Positions 13,396 to 27,346 are shown, numbered from the stretch's first letter. The stretch: 64,000 nucleotides of DNA from Octopus vulgaris (GCA_951406725.2 OX597827.1:50716001-50780000), one strand, 5' to 3'. Translations and numbers: made by a program. The notes: generated from the sequence alone by a model not told the origin.

Positions 13396-13762
13396 AAGTG
13401 TCGAAAAATCACGAGATGGTTCTAAATATGGAAGTAGTGCGGGTAAGAATAAGACGAGAGACACATGTATTTACGCTTAAACATGCACATAAACATGTAT
13501 AGTATGCATGTGTGTATGTTTGTATATATGTTTAATGATAGCACACGTGAGTTTGTAGCCTCTTCCACTGACAACTGTTGTCTTTTCAATAGGTGTTGCT
13601 GTAAAGTTACCTCTCACCCGAGGCACTGGCGACTGAAACCACTCTCAGGTGGCACACACGCACACACACACACATACACACACACAAACATATCTATAAA
13701 TACACACATATCTATAAATACACACATTTATATATATACACATATATACATGCATGCAAACA
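13396..13762 (+). repeat. Left arm of a diverged inverted duplication (partner 16709-17113)
   Basis: CCTCTCACCCGAGGCACTGGCGACTGAAACCACTCTCAGGTGGCAC and GAAGTAGTGCGGGTAAGAATAAGACGAGAG recur as reverse complements at 16.7-17.1 kb. Confidence 0.9.
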
Positions 13763-13822
13763 AGTATTTTTCTTCATTCGTAAAATAATGGCTTGCAACA
13801 TGAAACTAGATGTTAAAATTTA

Positions 13823-14220
13823 TCTTTATATATAAAAGTGAAGTTGTGTGTCTGTCTCCTACGATTTAAATTCTTAACTACTCCCACATTTTGCGGTGCA
13901 GTTTAACCAAAACCGGGTATCTTATAGTCGTGATTCATATCGAGCCCTTCTGGGTATTAGCACGCGTCTACGATGAGTCTACGATTTTAAAAAAAATTTA
14001 CCATCATTTTTTTCCATTTTAATGCATTTTTTCGCTATTATATAAGGGAAGTAACTCTCTAAAAATGTCTACGATGAGTCAACGATTTAAAAAAAAATTT
14101 ACCATCATTTTTTTTCCATTTTTAATGCATTTTTTTGCTATTTTTTGGCTATAACTCTCTAAAAATGCTTATATAGTTATTTCCCTTACAAACCCGAGCA
14201 ACGCCGGGAGATACTGCTAG
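13823..14220 (+). mobile_element. Non-autonomous Helitron
   Basis: Inserted between A and T; 5' TCTTTATATATAAAAG; 3' hairpin CCCGAGCAACGCCGGG then CTAG; internal ~100-bp tandem duplication at 13967-14167. Confidence 0.9.
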
Positions 14221-15679
14221 TTTAGTATAACATAGTGTTCAAGAGATCTCTTGGTACTGAGTGACATTTACGGCTCAAATTCCAATCTACATACCGATAT
14301 TTATGGTATTTTTGAAATTGTGGGGTGGTCACGGTCAGAATGTTTTTGATACTATGTCTACTCAACCAGGGAAGACTTGAGACTACGCAACAAGTGATCA
14401 TTTTCAAATTGACCCATTATGGTTGGGAAACAGGTTCGATGCTAAGCCATAATGGAGACATGGAAAAAAAAAAGAAAATCCTGTAACGTTTTAATTAATC
14501 GCCCCACATCCTCTATCTTGTCAATTAATTATGAAATGTTTCCATTAACATATGGGCTGGTTGAGAGATGTTAAAATTGAGATCTTTGTCAAAGTAGATA
14601 CATAATGTCTACGCCATTTCGTGAATATTCTCGTATGTCCTTGATTAATTCACCCTGATATTCCAATTACTTTCTTTTTCCGTGTCCCTTTCAATATACT
14701 TGTCATACTTACACATAAACACAAGCATATGTATACATGTGTGTGTATATGTGTGTGTGTGTGCATGAGGATTAACTGTGATTAATCAATGCTAGTTTTT
14801 GCATTCGATAAGAAACGCACACTGATTGTTTGCACTGGGAAATACAAGCATTTGTTCGGCGTTTGATATAATATCTCTAAAGTAAGGCTTTAAGACTTTG
14901 TAATCATGGACGGAAATGGATCAATATTTATGGTAAACAGAATAGATAGAGAGAAGGATAGAGCGCGAAGAAGATAGAGAGAAGGGAAAATTATTACAAT
15001 GATTTTAATTTGAAAGCAACCCGCCCAGATTAATTGTTTATGCTTATATATTTATATGTAGACATATATAGTTGTTGAAGATGTATTATTAAAATAGAAA
15101 ATCTGAACGAAGAGGAGAAGAGAGTTAGATAAGAGAGCAGAAGAAATAAAAAAGTTTATTAAATAGGCAGTGAGAGCTACCTTATTAATCATAATTTTTG
15201 GCAAAGATTTATGTAAAATTGAGTGTGCATGTTCTCGTGTGTGTGTATGGTCGTACGTTACTGTTATGCTTTAACGTCATTCATTCAGTGATTATTTTCA
15301 AGCTAGTCAGCTATTCACAAATGTCAGCTATTTATATATTCAGCCAATTTGCTTGGGGATTAAATTCGTTACTAATCTGTGTGGAAAGTGCACACTGGCA
15401 ACACTTAATTAGTTGTAGCAATAGGTACGGTAAACATTTTACGTTTTTTCTTTTCAAAAAATGGTCCATAACATTTACAACAGCGAACAAATTTGCCCCA
15501 TCTATACGCGGGCGCGCAAATGTCTTCGGATTTCGGACACTATTACGAACTTAATATAATTTTTTTAATATTTTACTGACACTTAAGTCAAGGATAACGA
15601 TAAATGCTTTCGTTTGGCAGAAAATATCAGTGGATCAGCTGAGAGGTAGGCTTATTGGCAATTGAATAGTTAATTTTAG

Positions 15680-15895
15680 AGGACGACATGGATGGCTGAG
15701 ATGTCAACGTGCGGGACGATGCAATATGTTGTTGAAGTGTCAAAAACTGAAACAGCTTGCAACTAGAACATCCATGTCGCTTGTTTGTCACAAAATAGAG
15801 TCGGATACCGAGGCATCTCTTGCACAAGATTCAAAATATTGCACTGAAATAACAACGGATGGAGTTATTATAGCAGATAAAACAGGCGATACAAG
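15680..15895 (+). other. Candidate host exon (unverified)
   Basis: Non-repetitive, stop-free frame (RGRHGWLRCQRAGRCNMLLKCQKLKQLATRTSMSLVCHKIESDTEASLAQDSKYCTEITTDGVIIADKTGDT) between TTAATTTTAG and a weak donor AAG|GTACAG; no recognisable domain. Confidence 0.2.
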
Positions 15896-16121
15896 GTACA
15901 GGAAAGTTTACCTTTATATCTTACTACCCATCCATGAAATCTATACATCTATTTTCTTCCTTCTGTCATCTGACTGTTTCTGAATTTTGCTCCCCCCCAC
16001 CTCTCTTTTTCTTCTTTCCACATACATACATACTTACATATATGTACAATATATCGATACAAGCATACATACAATCATTATAATTATCATAAATGTTATT
16101 ACTATTATTATTATTATCATT

Positions 16122-16165
16122 AGTAGTAGTAGTTGTAGTAGTAGTAGTAGTAGTAGTAGTAGGTA

Positions 16166-16197
<32 letters not shown>

Positions 16198-16203
16198 TAG
16201 TAA

Positions 16204-16257
<54 letters not shown>
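16122..16257. repeat. (AGT)n/(AGC)n microsatellite
   Basis: Direct reading. Confidence 0.95.
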
Positions 16258-16708
16258 CTTTGCAAGTCAAGAATCTTGCCACCAAGGACAATCGTCAGAT
16301 GAATATCAAAGTAGAAATGTTTTAAGTGTTTTTTTTTTAAGATTTCTGTGATAACACACCACCTATAGTCAACTTTATTAACAATTTGTAAACATGCGTG
16401 CGTGTGTATGTGTGCGCGCGAGTGTGTGTGCATGTGTGTGTGTGTCTGTGTCTATGTGTGTGTGTTTGTGTGCACGTATGTAATACATATAGTGCAGAGC
16501 ATGCAATGTCTCAAGTAAATATCTATATTGTTATAACATATTAACAGAAAATTTTAAACGCATTTCTAATATATCTGTGTATGTATGTATGTATGTATGT
16601 ATGTATGTATGTATGTATGTATGTATGTATGTATGTCGTGTGTGTGTATGTATGTATGTATGTATGTATGTATATATGTATGTATGTATGTATGTATGTA
16701 AGTATGTA

Positions 16709-16951
16709 TGTTTGCATGCATGTATATATGTGTATATATGTAAATGTGTGTATTTGTGGACATGTGTGTGTGTGTGCGTGTGTGTGCCACCTGAGAGTGG
16801 TTTCAGTCGCCAATGCCTCGGGTGAGAGGTAACTTTACTGCAAAACCTATTGAAAAGAAATCAGTTGTCAGTGGAGTGAGTCTACAAACTCACGTGTGCT
16901 ACCATTAAACATATTCACATACATCCACACATGCATACTATACATAGTACA

Positions 16952-16987
<36 letters not shown>

Positions 16988-17113
16988 TGTGTGTGTTTTT
17001 ATGTGCATGTTTGAAGCGTACATGTGTATGCATGCATCCATATTTTGACTCTCGTCTTATTCTTACCCGCACTACTTCCATGTTTAGAACCATCTTGTGA
17101 TTTCTCGACACTT
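16709..17113 (-). repeat. Right arm of inverted duplication (partner 13396-13762)
   Basis: Reverse complement of the left arm, with an extra (GT)n expansion at about 16954-16995. Confidence 0.9.
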
Positions 17114-18829
17114 TTGTTAGGTTTGAAATTTTCTAATTTTCTAATTTTCTTTTTACAACTACAGCAAATGTAAGCAAATATCAGGTGTTACACCCTACGA
17201 CCTAATTTTTATTCTTGGTTAGGCCATTTCGCATAAGCTTAGTATTTTCAACACTGTTCTCTACTGAAAAGAGATAAGCTCAGCCTGCGAGAACATTTTC
17301 ATGTACTTCTGTTGAAAGTAAAGTAACATGATCTAAATATCCCGGTCAGCCTCGTCAGTTAATTCTTATTCAACTGTTGTTTGACGTTATTCAGTCCTGA
17401 TCAAACCAAAGCTATGATCAAAAGTATTTCAACAAAGATCGTTCATCTTTTTGTATACCTACAAACTGCATTGTATAATACATCCTTTCATTTTATAAGA
17501 GATTATAGAGTGATTAGAGTGAAATTTGGTTACTTTCACCGGCAAGTCGAGAGTCATGTAGAGGATTCATTATTGTTAAGAATATGGCAAAATCATAGTC
17601 ACTTGGGTGAGTGATGGTCAACGATGTTGGTAGCTTTATATACAATTTGCTGATGAATTCTTTTCTCATATTTTTTCTCCGATGGTAAAACGTCCGTCCT
17701 TCAACTCAACGGCAAATTGTAAGCTTATCGATTTCTATTACTCTACATTAAAATGTTATTGAGAAGATTCATACAAGTAGAAATTTGTTCCATTTGCGAA
17801 TTTAGCTCATTATAATTCAAATTTAGTTATTACTTCGCAATAATCATTTTAGAATTCTGAAAATAAAATTCGTGTTGGCTTTTAATCCCTAACCAATTCC
17901 GTTTCTTTCCATAATATCTTCATTTGTGCTATGGAGATGCAAGCTAACTATTTAGAAGCATTGCTTTCGATACACGTATAATACTATAAAAAAAAATATA
18001 TATGCATATATATAAAGATATTCGTTGACACGATGTGCGTGTCATGTGTATACGCTTATGATTACACAAATAATCGTCAAGTTTGAATGTATTAACTCGT
18101 CTTAAATTATTGATTGATAAAGCTTGCAATGGTGTAACACATTTTTCTGAATTATCTGCCCAAATGGATTATTGCCATCCCACTCAGCTTAAGACATTTA
18201 CTGCTGCTGTTCGATTTGCAGTAAAGGCCAAGGTTAATTCAACCATGAACTTGTACAACTGTGGCTAAAACAGCTTAGTAATATTACGAAGTAGGTTGTA
18301 TTTGTTGCTGTACATTGAAAGATACAATAATCTGTATAGGTGCATGTGGATTAGCATTACTTACATATACATCTCTTATACGCCCTCACACACAAAACCA
18401 TTTAGACACGCTCCACACACACATACATAACTGCATGTGTGTGAGTGTGTATGTGTGTGTGTACATATGTGTGTTGCAAATGTGTGTTCGTAGACGTGAG
18501 TGTAACAAGGAGTGTTTGTGTACGTGTCTGGGTGGATGTGTCAACCAGAGCGTGAAAATGTTTTATGCGAGTATCTTATAAGTAACTTGTGATAAATGTT
18601 TTAAAGATCTATGTGGCACTCATGCCTCTGCGACCTTTACCCAAAGGAGACACGGAACTCAGCATTTTAAGATAACGGGGAACCCATTCAATCTAAAGTG
18701 CTGCGCTTCCTAGATCAGTCAGTCGATCATAGTTCATTGTATTTGTGTTGGGTAAAGTACATCATTTGCGAATCAAGTTATTGATCATATACTCAACACA
18801 CTGCTTTGACAGGATAAAATTACAGATAC

Positions 18830-18876
<47 letters not shown>

Positions 18877-19117
18877 GACACACACACACATACGCACACA
18901 CACACATGTAAGTATATGTATTAAATATATGTATATTCAATTATTAATTAAAAGCAGCGCTAGTGTTCTGAATATTATCGACCGCACATACTGTATGTGT
19001 TTTGCTTAGTCGCCGGTTCACCTGAGGGTTATAGATAAGCAAGACAACTCACCACCAAAATAATTCAGGAGCGATGGATACCGATAATTCGCCATTTTTG
19101 TGCGCTATCAAAAACAC

Positions 19118-19162
<45 letters not shown>

Positions 19163-19226
19163 TACTTGGAGAAGAAAAAAAAATATATATATATATATAT
19201 ATAGTAGGTACAAGCATGATCATATA

Positions 19227-19378
19227 GGCGCAGGTGTGGCTATATAGGTGAAGGCACAGGAGTGACTGTGTGGTAAGAAGCTTGCTTCCCAACCACATTG
19301 TTCCGGGTTCAGTCCAACTGCGTGGCACCTTGGGGCAAGTGTTTTCGTGTTTTCTACTATAGCTTCGGGTCGACCAAG
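19227..19378 (+). mobile_element. SINE family A, 3'-truncated, with duplicated head
   Basis: GGCGCAGGTGTGGCTA then GGCACAGGAGTGACTGTGTGGTAAG...GGTTCAGTCC...GGGCAAGT. Confidence 0.8.
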
Positions 19379-19740
19379 CTATGTATGTATAACGACAATA
19401 TAATAAAATACTAACTGAATAACAAATAGTCTAAAGAAATATGCTAATACACCGAGGAATTTGGAACCGATATCGATGATACAATGTTCACATCACTGTG
19501 TTGATCACGTTCAGGAACGGCGCTGGACGCAGCTTATTTCATAACACTTTAAATGGTGCCTTTGAGTACGGACCAGGCTGAGCATCGTTATACCTTCCTA
19601 AAATCTGGGTTTTTTTTTTCAATCCTTGACAATTTCTAAAGCTTCATTGAAATATGTCTACAAAACCATCTCCCCTTCAGTCATGGTACATTCCGCAGTA
19701 TTTCTAAAAGTATCAGAATTAGTAGGAAATAGTTTTGTCC

Positions 19741-20133
19741 TTTCATCTTTTTTTCTTTTACATGTTGCAGTGTCTCATGCGCGGACACTGCCTTAAAAAA
19801 TATTAGTCGAACGAATCGGCTCCAGTACATTTTTTAAAGCCTGGCATTTATTTTAGCGATATCTTTTGCCGAATCGCTAAGTTACGGGACGCAAGCACGC
19901 CAAAACCAGTTGTCAAGTGATGGGGGAGTAGAAAAACACACAATCACACCAACACACACACACATGTATACGACGGGCTTCTTTCAGTTTCTGTCTATCA
20001 AATACATTCGCAAGGTTTTGGTTGATCGGGAGCTATAGCAGAAGACACTTGCCCAAGATTCCATACAGTAAGACTGAATCCGGAGCCATGTGGTTGGGAA
20101 GCAAACGTTTTATTATATAGCCACGCTTGTGCC
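19741..20133 (-). mobile_element. SINE family A, diverged
   Basis: Contains ACGACGGGCTTCTTTCAGTTT and GAAGACACTTGCCCAAG, the reverse complements of the family A body. Confidence 0.8.
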
Positions 20134-20199
20134 TATAGATTTAAAAACTTCATATTTTTATTGTTTTATAACACACTCGGATTTGTTTCCGTTTTCTCT

Positions 20200-20600
20200 A
20201 TCACTCTTATCCGATTACGGTGTTTTGCCAAACCTCTTAAATCTTCAGTAGAAAGGCTTTTTAATCTCCTTTCCGGTTTACAATTAATCCTAAAATGTCA
20301 TCTTCTGTAACTGAATCCTATCCAGTCAACTTTGAAACTTTATTTAAGTCTACAACGCTCTCCTCTACCTGAGTAAATTCTTCAAAGTCGTTCCTTGGCC
20401 TGTCTAAAACATCATTCTATTCTGCATTTAACCAGTTTGTAGGATCCCTTTCAAATGGCATAATAGCAAACGGCATTTTAAAACACTCGTCAAACGAACG
20501 ATCGTATTTGCTACCAGTCAGTGGTTCAGAGTGAAAACACAATGACTACTTTAAAGCATTCCCGCAAGTAATAAAATCATTGTCATGCCCCGCTCCACCG
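20200..20600 (-). mobile_element. Probable Tigger/pogo transposase C-terminal remnant
   Basis: Minus translation NDFEEFTQVEESVVDLNKVSKLTG*DSVTEDDILGLI...LSTEDL resembles the acidic Tigger C-terminus. Confidence 0.4.
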
Positions 20601-21929
20601 GCTACAATTTAGATGTGTTTGGAACGATGGAAAACCTGTTTATTTTAAGCTTTGCTCGAAAGTCAAGATTTGGGGAGTTCCCAAGAGCGTTATTCGAGAG
20701 AAAATCATGGATAATAAATCATGGGTAGTAATTCACAGAAGCGTAAATTGTTTGTATACAAGAGAACAATTCTTGCGTGACCTACGCCTTTTTGCTTGAC
20801 TTCCAATTGTAACTTACTTAATATTTTCAATGCACGTGGTAACTTGTAGCGCTACCATTTGACGACCAAACAGGAGTATTAGTCTAAATAGACTTTACCT
20901 TTTCACAATTAGAGTTCTTTTGTTTTTCTTCTGGCTGGAATACCTTTTCTGGTTGGAAGGACTCAACGGAAGGTCTTTCGTATACAATGTTAATAACTCC
21001 TTTATTTGTTCCACTAATTCGCTCAAGATTAGTTCACATCGCGTTTAGTCTAGTAGTTTACTACGTCGAATGCAAAATTAGGTCAGTACAGTCGCGCGCC
21101 TGAATTTCTGATAAATACTATCTCAGATATTATTGACACAGAGTGCATGAATACCAGAAACGAATATATTCCTAGAATACACATTTCTAACTTGTGATGA
21201 CGTGTCTTTTCTTCTACTGCTAGTATGTTATCTCGAACTCAGGGTGACTTCCGTATTTACTACTCATTGATTATAGCAGCAACCAGGATTAGTGTAATAT
21301 GAACTGAAGGTGCGAAGAATGTATGCCCTTGAAATGTTTCTTTTTTAAACCTCCCACTACAGGACAGAAGATATTTAACTAAAGGAGATAAAAAACACTC
21401 GTTGAGTTGATGATGACGCTGATTAATGATACTCAAAGTTGAGTAATGTCCCTTTATTTTAACAAATATACAAGTGTTTCTTCTCGCTCTCCACAACTGC
21501 TGAGCAATATCTCGACGATAAGAAGTTAAATAAGACAAATGAATCAAATATACTATCATTGGTTTGGGAATAGGTCGTTGATTTCCAGGTGGCGATATTT
21601 ATATCACAAGCAAATGAATAAGCAACTCTAATTCTCACAAAAACAGAAAGTAGAAAACAAAATAGAAGTAGTGTTTGGAAATGTTTGGAACAGAACACTT
21701 CAGTATAACTCCATCACTCTTGAATAGGGGTTAAGAACTGCCAGTAACAAAATCTGGGATCAGAGGAGATTAGCTGAAGAACAAATAACAAGAAAGCAGT
21801 AAGAAGATATTTCATTGTCTGCTACTGTTACATAGAAACTGAGTTTCTATTGTAGACATCCTGTAGTCCTTCACCAGTTCTCAACAAATATACCAAGGTG
21901 GTTGGAATGGTTAGAAATACTAAAAAAAA

Positions 21930-23070
21930 AAAAAGACAGAGCTGCACGCATGGTGAAGTACTATTGACGAATATCTTGTCAGAATTTCTAATATAAACCT
22001 GTCCGAACCAATTTCACCAGGATCACTGTGGTAACAGTTTCATAAGTTGCTCATTACAGCATCCAAACTCCTTTACCAAAGGAGTTTAGTGATGAATTAA
22101 GCAATTCATAGTCAACAAAAAACTGTGATATATGAACAGCGATGGCATAGAAATTTGTTTGCAGTTTCGCTGGCATTTAATTCTGATCCACGTTTATAAA
22201 TGCTAGTTTCTCGTCGATTGAACTGTCTCTGATAGGATAAAGTATACTTCTACGAGACAGTTTCAACTGTTTATATTTAAAGGGAATATCCTTTTTGATA
22301 AGGAAATCTGACGGATACATAATTGACTTACTGGAAGACCAAAAGAAAACATTACCAGATAGCTTTTCCTTATTTTTTATGACCAGAAGATACGTATAAA
22401 ATATGGGTTTTCTTCTTACATTGATGAGGAGTAGAAAGTAACTATATGAAAATATAATCTAGGAAATATAAAAACTGGATAAAATATTTGGTTTCTAAGA
22501 GCTTTCTATAAATCAGCGACCCACTATGTGCTTACCGTATCAGTACTTTTACTAACATTTTGGATGCTGGATGAGACTAATGTTAAAACGGAACCATATT
22601 TTCTACACAACAATAAAAACACTGACCGTCTCTGCAAAGTAGTTGAGGTATGACACCGATTCAAACAACCTTTGATTATTGCATCACATCCCTTCGATAA
22701 TATTTACTAACTATCAAGCATCGAAGTGCATCCTTCAGTTAAAGATTCATACACGAAGCAACTAGCGTCATGAGAATTAGGAAGACGTTCGGTAGAAAAT
22801 ATTTTCTATTAAATGACCAGGAATACTCAGACAGGGAATTTACAAGACTCTGCTACAATGAACATCAAATGAAATTCTTTCTGCTAATCTGCAGTAAGTC
22901 ACACATAGCTATGTTGTTGGAAAGCTTCAGTGTGAGAGTAACGTAGTTAAGCTAGCCTTCGACCATTCTTTTATAATACATTAATAGATAGCACTAACGA
23001 AATACCTGATAACAAAATGAATAAAAAATTGATGAAGGCTGTGTAGAATTGATACCAAAGAAGTGCCCAA
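21930..23070 (+). mobile_element. Possible heavily decayed Gypsy LTR-retrotransposon pol remnant
   Basis: Broken motifs in pol order: RMVKYY*R (cf. GMVNYYRRF), NAS (cf. TDAS), VVEV*HRF, IFTNYQASKCI (cf. TDHQALKW). No LTRs seen. Confidence 0.3.
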
Positions 23071-24799
23071 CAGCGTAATATCAATCCAAAAATGTCATTA
23101 CGATACTGTGTTTTTTAGTCTTTTTTGAGTCGAGTACTGTTGGTTTACACTTCTCTAAACTTGCGAAAACTATGCTACTTTCTATCTAGAAGCCATTTAT
23201 ATCGTTCTCCTTTTCTCCTCTCTCTTATCAGTTCACTGAATATTCTTAGAACCCGCATAAAATACTTTCGTCTTACAATGTTGTCTCTAGATATTCTGAA
23301 GTAGTCGTAATATAATAAAATTCATAGAGGATTTGACAACTCGTCTGAGATCATTGCCGGAACCACTGCAGCTTGTTAAAACTCCATGAAAGTTATATAT
23401 TCTTAAATTACTCATAAGGTGGGAGTAGAAAATTTCCCCTCTTTTTCAGTGTTGTTTTATCATAAATGCTATGCTACCATGGAAACTAAAGTGAACATTA
23501 AAAAAATAATTTCACTATCTAAAAGCCCGGCAATGAATTATCTTTCTATGACATTGCATTCATTAAAGAATTAATTTGTAATGAACAGATTTTATTGGTT
23601 AAGAATATCGTAAAATATATTCATATTCTCCCCTTTACTTTTTTTTAAAAATCGAATCAATACGTAGTTCAAACAGTGACCATGGTTTCCGATTATGCCG
23701 AAAGAAGGAAGATCTGCAAGTCTTCTTATTAACACATATTAATAGTTTTCTACTGAAATGTTCGCGAGTCAGGTATTCAACACAGTATGAATTGAAGTGA
23801 ACTTTAAATCTAATGAAATCGAACAAATAAAAGAATTTCCCCGTGCAAACAAAGTCAACTTTTATCAATGGCAATTTCACGTTAATTACACAAATAGATA
23901 TTATAAAGAGAATAAAAGCATTCCTTTTCTTCTTACCTTTTAAATGCATCACGTGATTAGTAAATCATGACTTGATATAAATTCTCGAGGAATGTTTATA
24001 ATTATTATCTTCCTGATTAAATTTATTGTCATTATCTGATTTATTTTTCATCAAGCGTTTAAGAGAATACTAAGTTTGCATCCTAATTTGTATGCGCATT
24101 CATCCAAGTGATAATCATGTAGGTTAGAAACGTTTAGGTGATATAAAAACAGAAATCAATTCAAACGCATATACACAATATGTTTTGCTGTTTTGTATTT
24201 TATTATTTTATTTTCTTTCTTCTTTTGTACTATACATTTACATCAGCTAAAACCTTGTAGTTAATATCGGCTTTCAATGGCTAAATATTTGTTCTCAGTC
24301 TACAATTTTATGGCCTACCATCTGATATCTCATTTACAATACTATGATATAACATTTCGCTTTATCCATTCTCTTCTCTTAAGTATTATGATGTTTCTGA
24401 TATTGTTAGTTGTTTCTCACGTGATGTTTGTGCTTCAAATCCACTGCAAATCCATCGTTTCGATCTCTCATTCTTCCATTTGTTTTTGTTTTTGTTTTTT
24501 TTTTTTTGGTGGGGAGATCTATTCCATCTCAATCACAGATATTTTTAATTAATTTTTTTAAACTAAACACTTTGAAATTTGGATTGCTGGTAGAATTTCT
24601 CACGTAGAACAAAATTCTACACTGAACGCTCCGGACAAAATTTCATATTTTAGAAGTTATTTCGTGTTAAAGTTATCGTATTTGGGTAATTTCAACCAAC
24701 CAACGATGTGTATTCGGTTGAAGAAAGCTATTGCTGTTTGCGATATCAATCAAAGAGGAACAACTTCCGCCGGGGAGGTGATAAGCAATTTCTTTTATA

Positions 24800-25145
24800 G
24801 GCGTAGGAGTCGCTGTGTGGTAAATAGCTTGCTTACCAACCACATGCTTCCGGGTTCAGTCCCACCTTGGGCAAGTGTCTTCTGCCATAGCTCGGGCCGA
24901 CCAAAGCCTTGTGAGTGGATTTGGTAGGCGGAAACTGAAGGAGATCCGTCGTATATGTGTATGTGTGTGTGTATATGTTTGTGTGTCTGTGCCCCCCCCC
25001 CCCAGGCATCGCTTGACAACCGATGCTGGTGTGTTTACGTCCCCGTAACTTAGCAGTTCGGCAAAAGGGATGGATAGCATAAGGCGGTGCTCCAGCATGA
25101 CCACAGTCAAATGACCGAAACAAGTAAAAGAATAAAAGAAAAGAA
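24800..25145 (+). mobile_element. SINE family A
   Basis: GGCGTAGGAGTCGCTGTGTGGTAA...GGTTCAGTCCC...ATGACCGAAACAAGTAAAAGAATAAAAGAA. Confidence 0.9.
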
Positions 25146-25524
25146 TATATTATATATGATATCTGAATGAGTGTATATGTATTTGTGTATGTTTATTTAG
25201 AGATATACATAGAAAATAGAATTACAGACAAGCGCATTTACACATACATATAGAGAAACACACACTTAAAAAGGAAGGAAGGAAGGAAGGAAGGAAGGAA
25301 GGGGCTGTGACAAAATATAGAAAACCGCGCTCGTTACTGACTGTACTACAAATGCATATAAATGTATACATATGCACACACGCACACACACACATACATA
25401 TACTCACACAAAACTACTCACACATATATAGTTACTCTCACATACATATGTGTGAGCATGTAATAGTTATATTTTCTCTAATGAGACTGTTTATGTATGT
25501 TTGCGTAGATGTTTGTGTGTATGT

Positions 25525-25933
25525 TCTACTATATGGCTCAGAAACCTGGACGCTATCAAAGAAGCTTGAGAGGCGGTGTGATGGAACCTACACTCGCCTC
25601 CTTATGAGAGCTCAAAATCTCTCGTGGAAGCGCCATCCAACCAAAATGCAAATATATGAGAAATTACCACCTGTGTCATCTCTTGTGAAAGGTAGGAGAG
25701 TCCAGTTTGCTGGACATTGTTGTAGAGCTGAAAAATAAGTAATTTCTACTCTTCTCCTCTGGAAGCCATCTACTTGCAATACCAGAGGGCGCACACTCTC
25801 CTACCCTGATGTAATCTCCAGGGATACAGGCATCAAGCAACAGGACCTCGGTAATGCCATGATGGACCGTGAAGTCTGGCGTAGCATGGTAAATTCCATT
25901 GTCTCGACCACGGTCGAACAATGATGATGATGA
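25525..25933 (+). mobile_element. 5'-truncated RTE-type LINE 3' end with (TGA)n tail and 11-bp TSD
   Basis: LLYGSETWTLSKKLERRCDGTYTRLLMRAQNLSW...RRVQFAGHCCR...MMDREVWRSMV; TSD TGTGTGTATGT at 25514-25524 and 25934-25944. Confidence 0.9.
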
Positions 25934-26528
25934 TGTGTGTATGTAATAATTATTTTTACTCAGTATTCTTTCAGTAACTATACATAAACTAACCAACTAA
26001 CGATGATCGATCCCATCTCAAAATACAACCACTGAAAAGCGCAGCCACTGAAAAGTGCATTAATTTGAATTACCATCCATATTTTATCTGTTTGGTTGAA
26101 ATTAATTAATACAATCACACGCATCTACACAAACGTATGCATATACAAACTCATTAGAGAAAATAATTATTGCCTGAGTGTATCAAGAATATAAAATGAC
26201 TGGAGTTTGAAAGGTATATTATAAATACTCATCTATCCTTAATTTAACAGTTCATACATGTGCCTAATTTATTTATATTAAGAAATGTATGCAATAAATT
26301 TTGAATCGGGAGTCTTTTTTTACATCAACTGTAAGTCACGGCCTGCGTGGATGTGTGTGTATGTAATAATTATTTTTACTCGAAGTTCTTTCAGTAACTA
26401 ACGCTGATCGATCTCATCTCAAAATTTACAACTACTAGATAGCATGGAAAAGTGCATTAATTTGAATTACCATCCATATTTTATCTGTTTGGTTAAAAAT
26501 AATTATTACAATCACACACATCTACACA
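25932..26528 (+). repeat. Diverged direct duplication of ~180-200 bp (25932-26131 and 26350-26528)
   Basis: Both copies share TATGTAATAATTATTTTTACTC and AAAAGTGCATTAATTTGAATTACCATCCATATTTTATCTGTTTGGTT. Confidence 0.85.
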
Positions 26529-27346
26529 TTACAGCTCCCAAAATTACTGCAGAGCTTAATGACCACCTCGAGAACACAGTTTTTACAAAAACTGTTTGCC
26601 GGGAGCTGCACAAAGCTGGATTTCACGGAAAAGCTGCAATCGGAAAACCACTACTTTCAAAAACAAACGCGGCAAAGCGTTTAGAGTGGAATAAAAACCT
26701 ACAGAATTGGTCCCCAGAGCAGTGGAAGAACGTTATTTTCTCGGACGAGTCATCCTTTACCTTATTTCCGACCATCGGCCGAGTATACGTGTGGAGACAG
26801 CCAAAAGAAGCATTTGACCCAAACTGCTTTCTTCCAACTGTTAAACATGGAGGAGGATCTGTGATGATTTGGGTGGCTATATCTTGGAAATCAACCAGCC
26901 CAATGTATTCCCTTCATGGCAGAATTGATAGTCAACACTATTTAAGCATTTTATCTGATCAAATTCATCTTATGATTGCGGAACTATTTCCGGAAGGAAA
27001 GGCAATATTTCAGGATGATATGCACTGAATGGCACGAGGAACATTCTAGTGAAGTTGAACATCTTATCTGGCCATCACAGCCCCAGATCTCAGCATTATT
27101 GAACACTTATGGTGCATTTTAGAAAAACAAGTAAGGAGTCGATATCCTCCACTGTCATCACTACAAGACCTGGAGACTGTTTAAGCTGTAGAATGGACAA
27201 AATTCCTTTGGAAACAATTCAAACTTTCTACGAGTTCATACCTCGTAGAATTCAAGCTGTAATTCTTTTCAAAGGTGGTCCTAACCCATACTAAAATAAA
27301 TTTGATTGAAATTTTAAGGTGTTTCCATTATTTTGTCCAACCCCTA
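26529..27346 (+). mobile_element. Tc1-family transposon, 5'-truncated, right TIR present
   Basis: WKNVIFSDES, PTVKHGGGSVMIW, IFQDD, WPSQ.PDLSIIEHLW and IPRRIQAVI..KGGPNPY; TIR GGTGTTTCCATTATTTTGTCCAACCCCT followed by TA. Confidence 0.92.
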
